A program made the translations under genes and the position numbers. Below, piece by piece: positions 17,771-24,485 of a DNA stretch of 32,000 nt; positions within the stretch are counted from its first letter, which is position 1; every line of letters begins with the position of its first letter. This DNA is from Microcystis aeruginosa NIES-2549 (GTDB lineage: Bacteria > Cyanobacteriota > Cyanobacteriia > Cyanobacteriales > Microcystaceae). The stretch lies in the NCBI RefSeq assembly GCF_000981785.2, contig NZ_CP011304.1:480001-512000 (forward strand), written 5' to 3'. Under the pieces are notes generated by a model. It ran no database searches. It was given only the letters and a program-made list of their open reading frames with translations, and had not been told where the DNA came from.

Positions 17771-18787
17771 TTATCTTTCTTTGTCAGTTAAATCAATATA
17801 TTCAGTTTGTATTCGTTTATTCTTTATTAGTATTCTAAAATACGGACATTTCCCATTTACTGATAAATCTTTATCATCATTCCCTTTCCTGAATTTAATT
17901 ATTTCAAATTGGTCGGGATTAAATTTATGCAAAAATGTTATTGGCACACCCATATATCCCTTGTAATCTATTGGTATATCTTGTGTTTTATTAACATTAA
18001 TTCCATCATAATTGTCATATTTTGGATATTGAACTTCGTTGCCAAAATATCTTTTTGTGAGTTCTATATCTTCGTGCCGCTTAAAATTATCTAAATTAGT
18101 AAGCCATAAACAATTGTTCGGTGAGATTACTCTATTACCAGAGTTATCTATTCGAGTTTCTGTTCCATATAGTTCATAGTGTTCAGGTACAATAAAACCT
18201 GAAATACCTCTACCAAGATTTATTCCTAACCACGCCTTGTTTTCTTTAATAAGTTTGAAAATTTCTTTATAGGTTATTGCATTAATATTTCCAATTATCA
18301 AAAACTTTTTATCGTATTTAACCAATTGAGCTACATACTCTCTGAATAATGAAAATGGGGGATTGGTAACAACAATATCGGACTGCTTTAATAGTTCAAT
18401 GCTTTCCGAACTACGAAAATCACCATCTCCATTAAAGTAAACTAGGTCTGTTGAACTTGGTTTGTTTTTTTCGCCTTCTGTACCTGTATATTCAAAGAAA
18501 AACCCTTTTTCATCTTCTTCTGTATTAAATAAATTTTTTACTTGCTCTCTATAACAAGATGTTATTATTTTTTTAAGACCTAATTCATTAAAATTTGAGG
18601 TAAAATAATTAAAAAAGTTACTAATTCGGGGGTCATCGCAATTGCAATAAACCACTTGATTTTCAAAATGACTTTTATAATGCTGTAATTCGCTTTCTAT
18701 ATCTGAAAGCTGTGTATAAAACTCGTCACTTTTTGATTTTTTAGCTTTTTGTAATAATTCGTTTGTTGCATTTCTTGCCATTTTCAA
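17771..18787 (-). CDS. EcoRI-family N6-adenine DNA methyltransferase (predicted GAATTC specificity), apparently intact
   Basis: DIVVTNPPFSLF (NPPF catalytic motif). The N-terminus MARNATNELLQKAKKSKSDEFYTQ, then VVYCNCDDPR, GDGDFRSSES, PNNCLWLTNLD and GKCPYFRILIKNKR are colinear with M.EcoRI as I remember it. The gene is strongly AT-rich compared with its flanks. It sits 31 bp downstream of the R-gene remnant on the same strand. Confidence 0.8.
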   Translation of the reverse strand: MKMARNATNELLQKAKKSKSDEFYTQLSDIESELQHYKSHFENQVVYCNCDDPRISNFFNYFTSNFNELGLKKIITSCYREQVKNLFNTEEDEKGFFFEYTGTEGEKNKPSSTDLVYFNGDGDFRSSESIELLKQSDIVVTNPPFSLFREYVAQLVKYDKKFLIIGNINAITYKEIFKLIKENKAWLGINLGRGISGFIVPEHYELYGTETRIDNSGNRVISPNNCLWLTNLDNFKRHEDIELTKRYFGNEVQYPKYDNYDGINVNKTQDIPIDYKGYMGVPITFLHKFNPDQFEIIKFRKGNDDKDLSVNGKCPYFRILIKNKRIQTEYIDLTDKER

Positions 18788-18818
18788 CCTATTTTGATTT
18801 AATAAATCTTTGTTTTAG

Positions 18819-19655
18819 TTATTTACTTTTGTTTATCTGATTAAATATCTCACTGCCTAATACTTTAAGAGAGGTTTTAGAAATTTCAAGCATAATATCA
18901 AACATTTTTTTGACATCCCATTTTTCGCCATTTTCTTGTGTGTATATAGAAGTTGCTTGAAGCATAATTGTTTTATCTTTATGCTTGACAAACTTATTTT
19001 TACACAAATTGGTATTAATGAGCATTCCATAATTTGCAGAAGTTAACCTATCTAATCTATTTAGCGTTCCTGAATTTTATTCAATCGTTACAACCCTTCC
19101 ATCGGTTTTTTTAATTGAAATAGTTTCTGTTAAAAAATTTGAGCCTTCCAGAAATAATACATAGGTAAAATGAGATTCGGATAACATCAAATTAGCGATT
19201 TCAGATATGTTTTTATGGGATCTTTCTATCGCATTACCAGCAGCCATCAAATCTTGATCATTTTTTGCTCCTACAAGTTTTCCTGCTTTGATGTTTTCAA
19301 TGTCTTTACCCTGATGTTTAGCTTCCGAAACTAAAACGATTCTCCAATTACCGTTATCATCTTTTACTTCTATTATTCCACCATCGGGTATAATACTTGA
19401 ATTTGATACAAAAAGTGTTTGTCCTAATTCTGGGTCAATTTTCTTTAATGCTTCGTTTATTTCTTCTTTTTTTATGCTCTTTTTGTATTGAAAAGATAAT
19501 TGAGGAAACTACTTTTCAAGCTGTTCAATTACAAAAAGTGAAATTTTTCCAACAGTTCTGTCGTGTGATTTTGCTTCATCTCCAAATATACCAACTACAC
19601 CTTTAGACTCTTTATGTTGATTCGTTAATTTTTTTGATTGATTCTTTTTAGTCAT
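18819..19655 (-). pseudogene. EcoRI-family type II restriction endonuclease gene: full length and in frame, but interrupted by two nonsense codons (TAG 19509..19511, TAA 19077..19079)
   Basis: My manual minus-strand translation from ATG 19655 gives one 279-codon frame: MTKKNQSKKLTNQHKESKGVVGIFGDEAKSHDRTVGKISLFVIEQLEK*FPQLSFQYKKSIKKEEINEALKKIDPELGQTLFVSNSSIIPDGGIIEVKDDNGNWRIVLVSEAKHQGKDIENIKAGKLVGAKNDQDLMAAGNAIERSHKNISEIANLMLSESHFTYVLFLEGSNFLTETISIKKTDGRVVTIE*NSGTLNRLDRLTSANYGMLINTNLCKNKFVKHKDKTIMLQATSIYTQENGEKWDVKKMFDIMLEISKTSLKVLGSEIFNQINKSK. The PD..EAK catalytic motif and the MAAGNAIER recognition segment of R.EcoRI are present. Confidence 0.8.
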
Positions 19656-20052
19656 ATTGTGCCTTTTCTTTACTTAAATCTTCCACTTTCTGCTACAGAT
19701 AATGTATGTATAACTAAAAATTATACGGAAAATTTCTGGATAACACTCCTCAGAGTAACGATATGGGTTAACTTTCGGCATATCACCCCATCTAGGAGCA
19801 ATCGCTAGAAGTTTTCCCTATATCACGCCCAAAAGCCTGTTAGCCAGATTAGCATATTGCCAAAAACCTTGTTTAACTAAATTTCTGACAATTTAGGCTA
19901 ATTCTAGCGACGATTATTTGATCTGACCGCACCCCTTGACAAAAATTTATCATTATTCGATTCGTTTAATTGTCGGGGGACTCTGTAAAGATTTTTTACT
20001 GGGAAATCCACACCCACCAACAAACTTTTTCCAGCAAATCCTAATTCAACCT

Positions 20053-20086
20053 TTTGCTCCTGTACTTTTAGCAGCACAGGAGCAAA
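20053..20086 (-). terminator. 11-bp stem hairpin just downstream of the ccmO stop (possible terminator, non-canonical)
   Basis: TTTGCTCCTGT (20053..20063) pairs with ACAGGAGCAAA (20076..20086), 12-nt loop. On the minus-strand transcript the U-rich tract precedes rather than follows the stem, so the function is uncertain. Confidence 0.35.
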
Positions 20087-20100
20087 GCTGAAAATAAAAA

Positions 20101-20967
20101 TTAATAACCGTCTTCATCGGTGATAACTTCCACGGGAATCACTTCTTCTAACACTTTTTCCTGCATTTCTTGGCGACGAATTGGTATTTTGGTTTTTTCC
20201 AATTCTGGTAAAGCGACCAATTCCCGTTGTTTTTCCCGGACAGTATTGGGTAACAACATCGGTAAAGGTTCGGGAGTTTCTAACCAGTAGCTGGCCACCG
20301 GTAGAGTATGTTCTAAATCTTCCAATAAACGGGGAATAATCATCACCGCGTGCAGTTCACCGATTTTCTCCGCTTCCCGCATTCCCGCATCAATGGCCAC
20401 GGCCACATTAGCGACGGAACCCCGGATAATGGCCGTACACAAACCATCCCCAATTGTTTCGTAGGAAGCTAACTGCACATCGGCGGATTTTAACATGGCA
20501 TCAGCTGCCCCCACCATAGCAGGAAAACCGCGGGTTTCCAAGAGACCGATGGACATATTGCTCAGTTTGCTGAAACCCCGTTGACTTTGGGCAATTTCGG
20601 CTAAACGGCTACCAATTGGGAAAATTACCTCTAAATTGGGCATCGGTCGGGGAATAACCGATTTAGATACCAATTGTCCGAACTGTGCGGCGGTTTTTGC
20701 CCCTTCTTCCACTGCTAAACGCACATCGGCAATATTACCACGCACGATCGCCGTACAGTGACCACCGCCAATTTTTTCGTAACCCACGAGGGTAACTTCT
20801 GCCGATTTTAGCATCATATCCGCCGTCCCGACGATCGCCGGAAAGCTGAGGGTAGAGACTAAACCCAAGGCACTATCTTTGGGGTGACGCTTGGTTTTCA
20901 TCGTCCTTTGACCGGGGTTAGTTGTGGACGAGGGGGGAATGCTTCCATTAACTCTTAATCTAGACAT
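20101..20967 (-). CDS. ccmO: Carboxysome shell protein CcmO (tandem BMC domains plus C-terminal extension)
   Basis: Two BMC-H domains (ALGLVSTLSFPAIVGTADMMLKSAEV.. and IGLLETRGFPAMVGAADAMLKSADV..), followed by a ..VREKQRELVALPELEK.. tail like CcmO. The start may be the internal MKTKRHPKD rather than 20967. Confidence 0.8.
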   Translation of the reverse strand: MSRLRVNGSIPPSSTTNPGQRTMKTKRHPKDSALGLVSTLSFPAIVGTADMMLKSAEVTLVGYEKIGGGHCTAIVRGNIADVRLAVEEGAKTAAQFGQLVSKSVIPRPMPNLEVIFPIGSRLAEIAQSQRGFSKLSNMSIGLLETRGFPAMVGAADAMLKSADVQLASYETIGDGLCTAIIRGSVANVAVAIDAGMREAEKIGELHAVMIIPRLLEDLEHTLPVASYWLETPEPLPMLLPNTVREKQRELVALPELEKTKIPIRRQEMQEKVLEEVIPVEVITDEDGY

Positions 20968-21114
20968 TGAAGATAAACTTGCCCTAACAGGTACGAAGGG
21001 GGTGATTGTCAGCTATCCTGTTACTATCTAGTCTATCCTGTTAACCTTAATTGCTATTGAAGATTTTTGAGGGATTAGATAAATTTTAGTTATTGTAGCT
21101 TGATCAAATTGTCT

Positions 21115-22194
21115 ATGACAGAACAGCCTCGCAGTACAGATGATCGAATCAGCGAAACGGAAGCGACCGAATTAATGCGCTCGCTGCTTCATAAGGAAGG
21201 AAATTGGGTGAATTGGGGGCAAAAATGTCAAAAACTGCAAAAAGCTGGCTACGATTCCCAGTTAATCTTTGAACAAACCGGGTTTCAAAATGCCCAACAA
21301 AATTTAATTATTGTCGCTGCCCAAGTTTTTGAGAGTTTAATCAAAGCAGGAGCAGATGAAGATTTATTAAGTTACTACATCGGGCCGCGCAGTGATGTGC
21401 TATACGAATTACGGATTCTCAACCAAGAACAAAGATTGGGGGCAGCGAAATTAGCGGCAGAAAAAAGGATTGAGGTGGCTGAAGCACACGATATCGCCAA
21501 AGCTATCCAAGATTTTTCCCGTTTATCCCAGATTCCCAGTGAATTTACCCGTCATCCTGGAGATGCGATCGCTTACCAGTGTTGGAAACGGGGCAAACAA
21601 AAGCGAGATTTAGCCGAAAGAGCGAAATTAATCGCTAAAGGTTTGAAATTTGCCCATTCTGACTCGGCCAGACAGGCGATCGAGTCCTTACTACAAGATT
21701 TTACCGTTACTCCCTCCCGTAGCGCACCGTTGCTACCCGTCCATCGTTTACAGGATGAGGACGAATTAGCCAGAATTATTCCTTTAGTAGGAAGATTTCC
21801 GGTGACGGTAACTGATATAAAACACACAGAAAGTTTGAGCGTCGAGGAACCTTTTCGACTGGTAACGGTGGGGGATAAACAAACGATTGTGCCTCTCCCC
21901 GGTTGGCAAGCAATTCTCAAGGCGATCGATCCTGTAGCTATTTTATGGCCTAGTGATCAATTACCTCGATCGATTGCCACCAGATCCGAGGAAGTGTTAT
22001 TAGTAATCGATCGAGTTTTGGCCGAATGGGACGTGAACAATTATTATCTAGTGGAGAAGGATAATTCCGTTTTTTTACAATGGTTTGATAGTTCCCCCGA
22101 TGTCACCATACTAGGTGAATTAGTCTTGATTTTAAGAGCAAAAAATATCCTCGATGAAAAAAACATCACCGAACCCTGGCAAATGGACGACTAA
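21115..22194 (+). CDS. raf1: RuBisCO accumulation factor 1 (Raf1)
   Basis: KEGNWVNWGQKCQKLQKAGYDSQLIFEQTGF, HPGDAIAYQCWK, KGLKFAHSDSARQAIESLLQDFTV, LPGWQAIL and the C-terminal ILDEKNITEPWQMDD are colinear with cyanobacterial Raf1. I place the start at ATG 21115 (MTEQPRS). The track start at 21100 is TTG. Confidence 0.85.
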   Translation: MTEQPRSTDDRISETEATELMRSLLHKEGNWVNWGQKCQKLQKAGYDSQLIFEQTGFQNAQQNLIIVAAQVFESLIKAGADEDLLSYYIGPRSDVLYELRILNQEQRLGAAKLAAEKRIEVAEAHDIAKAIQDFSRLSQIPSEFTRHPGDAIAYQCWKRGKQKRDLAERAKLIAKGLKFAHSDSARQAIESLLQDFTVTPSRSAPLLPVHRLQDEDELARIIPLVGRFPVTVTDIKHTESLSVEEPFRLVTVGDKQTIVPLPGWQAILKAIDPVAILWPSDQLPRSIATRSEEVLLVIDRVLAEWDVNNYYLVEKDNSVFLQWFDSSPDVTILGELVLILRAKNILDEKNITEPWQMDD

Positions 22195-22438
22195 ATCAGT
22201 GATCAGTGATCAGTAACCAGTGATCAGGTTTAAGCTATTAGTTATGAGTGGGAATAAGAAAATAGATAAACTGATAACTGAATCGAATAAAACTGGTCAC
22301 TGTTAACTTGTAGCTGACGGCATAACTTAAGAAACTAAGAGACATTTTTAAAGGAAAAAGTAACAAAGCGGACAAAGGAGACAGGAGACAAATTCACCAT
22401 ACTTTTGCCTTTTGACTCTTGCCTTTTTCTGGCTGACA

Positions 22439-22466
22439 ACTGATAACTGATAACTGATAACTGATA
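22439..22466. repeat. ACTGATA heptamer x4 ending 1 nt before the csaB ATG
   Basis: actgata actgata actgata actgata t ATG(22468). Read directly. Confidence 0.95.
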
Positions 22467-22467
22467 T

Positions 22468-23505
22468 ATGCGTGCAGTAATTTGTGGATATTATGGGAGA
22501 GGAAACGGAGGAGATGAGGCATTATTAGTGTCTCTATTGCAGATGCTGCCGTCAGCAATTAAACCTATTGTTTTGTCAAATAATCCCAGAGAAACCAGTC
22601 AACGTTATGGAGTGGAAACCTGTCCTAGTCGGGATTGGTGGCAAATTTTTCAAACTCTGAAAAAAGCAGATGTATTTATCTGGGGTGGCGGCAGTTTAAT
22701 GCAGGATGTCACCAGTTTTGCCAGTCCAATTTATTACGGTGGTTTAATGGCTCTTGCTCAATTATTGGGCTTAAAAACTATTGCTTGGGGCCAGGGAATT
22801 GGACCATTAAATAGACCTTTTACCCGTTGGTTAACCAAAAAAGTCTTAAAACAATGTAGTTTAGTTACTGTGCGCGATGATGCTTCGGCTCATTTAGTCG
22901 CTGATTGGGGTATTAGTCCGATTGTTGCCCCCGATCCAGTATGGGCTTTGGACGCTCAATCAGTCAAGGGATTATCGGATTTACCCGCCCCAAGAATCGC
23001 CGTCAATTTACGGCCCCATCCCCTATTAACCCCAGCAAAATTAGATAAATTAACCCGAGCTTTAATCGATTTACAAATCAGTACCGGGGCGTTTATTCTC
23101 CTAGTCCCTTTTCAAAAGTCGCGGGATTTGCCCCTCTGTGAAGCTGTAGCCCGTCAATTAAGGGAAAATTATCAAATCATTAGTTTAGAGGATCCAAGAC
23201 AGTTAAAAGGCTTATTTCGTGGGGTAGAAATGGTGATCGGAATGCGCTTTCATAGTTTGATTATGGCCGCAGCAGAAGATTGTCGTTGTTTTGCCCTTAG
23301 TTATGATCCGAAAGTGTCGCGATTAATTGCCGAAGTACCGATGCCGGGTTGGGAATTAGATCAGTTACCAGAGGCAGTTAATGATATTAGTAACACTTGG
23401 ATTAATTTTTATGCCAATGGAGAGGGATTAACCAGCGATCGCAAACATTTTTTAATAGATCGAGCTTTAATTCATCGAGAAATTTTATCTAGATTGGTGA
23501 GCTAA
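22468..23505 (+). CDS. csaB: Polysaccharide pyruvyl transferase CsaB
   Basis: The N-terminus MRAVICGYYGRGNGGDEALLVSLLQMLP is the characteristic CsaB signature. 345 aa. Confidence 0.85.
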   Translation: MRAVICGYYGRGNGGDEALLVSLLQMLPSAIKPIVLSNNPRETSQRYGVETCPSRDWWQIFQTLKKADVFIWGGGSLMQDVTSFASPIYYGGLMALAQLLGLKTIAWGQGIGPLNRPFTRWLTKKVLKQCSLVTVRDDASAHLVADWGISPIVAPDPVWALDAQSVKGLSDLPAPRIAVNLRPHPLLTPAKLDKLTRALIDLQISTGAFILLVPFQKSRDLPLCEAVARQLRENYQIISLEDPRQLKGLFRGVEMVIGMRFHSLIMAAAEDCRCFALSYDPKVSRLIAEVPMPGWELDQLPEAVNDISNTWINFYANGEGLTSDRKHFLIDRALIHREILSRLVS

Positions 23506-23510
23506 TTTTT

Positions 23511-24134
23511 ATGTCGAGTGCTATTACCGAAGCGATCACGACTATTGCCTTGGATGAGACAAGATTTAATCTCTCCTTAACAGAAGATGGGGCATTTTTT
23601 CCCGAATGGAAAAGTGATTTACTGGCCCTATCTAGCCATGAAAAAAAGAGTTTAGATGAACTAATACAAAAGTATTTATACCAAAGATCGGCAGGACAGT
23701 TATTAGAAGAAACCGTGACTTTATTGTTAGTTTCTCCCCTACTAGCGATTGCGGGTTTTTACGATCCGCCTTTGCGAGTACGCGCAGAGGAATCGGTAAG
23801 CTTAACCGTCGATGATGGGGAAGAAATACTATCGGGTAGAATCGATGTGTTAGTCTGGTTAAATCAGTTTTGGGTGGTAATTGTAGAATCAAAAAAAACC
23901 GCCCTATCGGTTTGGACTGCCTTACCGCAAACCTTAGCCTATTTGATGGCTAATCCCCGGACCGAAAAACCTGGCTTTGCCCTCGTCACCAATGGAGATG
24001 ATATTTTATTGGTCAAATTGAGAGCTAATGCCCATCATTATGCCCTATCTAGGGTATTTGCTCCCTTTATTTCCAGAGAAGAACTATATAGGGTTTTGCA
24101 GATTTTCAAACATATCGGTGCAGCGATCAAATAA
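23511..24134 (+). CDS. Hypothetical protein with a PD-(D/E)xK nuclease-like core (restriction-endonuclease fold), 5 nt downstream of csaB
   Basis: GRIDVLVWLNQFWVVIVESKK gives a D..(hydrophobic strand)..E-S-K arrangement typical of PD-(D/E)xK / HsdR-N-terminal-like domains. This is motif-level evidence only. Confidence 0.45.
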   Translation: MSSAITEAITTIALDETRFNLSLTEDGAFFPEWKSDLLALSSHEKKSLDELIQKYLYQRSAGQLLEETVTLLLVSPLLAIAGFYDPPLRVRAEESVSLTVDDGEEILSGRIDVLVWLNQFWVVIVESKKTALSVWTALPQTLAYLMANPRTEKPGFALVTNGDDILLVKLRANAHHYALSRVFAPFISREELYRVLQIFKHIGAAIK

Positions 24135-24194
24135 AATCAAGATTAGAGCTTATTAGCGAGGAAAAACCTAACCAGAATAATTTTTAGGTGAATC

Positions 24195-24485
24195 CTAATT
24201 GAGATGGGAGTCTTTGGGAATAACATCCAAACCGAGGAGAACCTTTTGGGTATTGGACATATCGCCGATAATTCTTTGTAGGGGTGGGGGAAGTTGTTTG
24301 ACTAAAGTAGGAGTTACGAGAATTTTATCCTGTTCCGCTAATTGGGGCTGTTCGAGAACATCAATTATTTCTACCGTATAAAGATCCGACAACTCCTCGC
24401 GACAGATACGAAAAATATTGGCGATCGCCCTCTGGGATTTACTTGAATCACCCATAATGTAGAGTTTGAGAAGATATTGACTCAT
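24195..24485 (-). CDS. kaiB: KaiB-family (thioredoxin-like) circadian clock protein homologue, probably a KaiB3-type paralogue
   Basis: LKLYIMGDSSKSQRAIANI..VEIIDVLEQPQLAEQDKILVTPTLVKQLPPPLQRIIGDMSNTQKVLLGLD is colinear with KaiB. The ATG overlaps the upstream gene's TGA (ATGA at 24482..24485). Confidence 0.85.
   Translation of the reverse strand: MSQYLLKLYIMGDSSKSQRAIANIFRICREELSDLYTVEIIDVLEQPQLAEQDKILVTPTLVKQLPPPLQRIIGDMSNTQKVLLGLDVIPKDSHLN

Noticed and set aside
19077-19511. Programmed stop-codon readthrough or suppression as an explanation for the two stops in the endonuclease gene
   Set aside because: The two stops are different codons (TAG and TAA), no recoding signals are evident, and mutational inactivation of a toxic endonuclease is the simpler explanation. 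It remains testable by proteomics.
19397-19606. 69-aa plus-strand ORF inside the endonuclease pseudogene
   Set aside because: It is antisense to a frame with clear EcoRI-like colinearity. It is an AT-rich, Leu/Phe-rich chance ORF.
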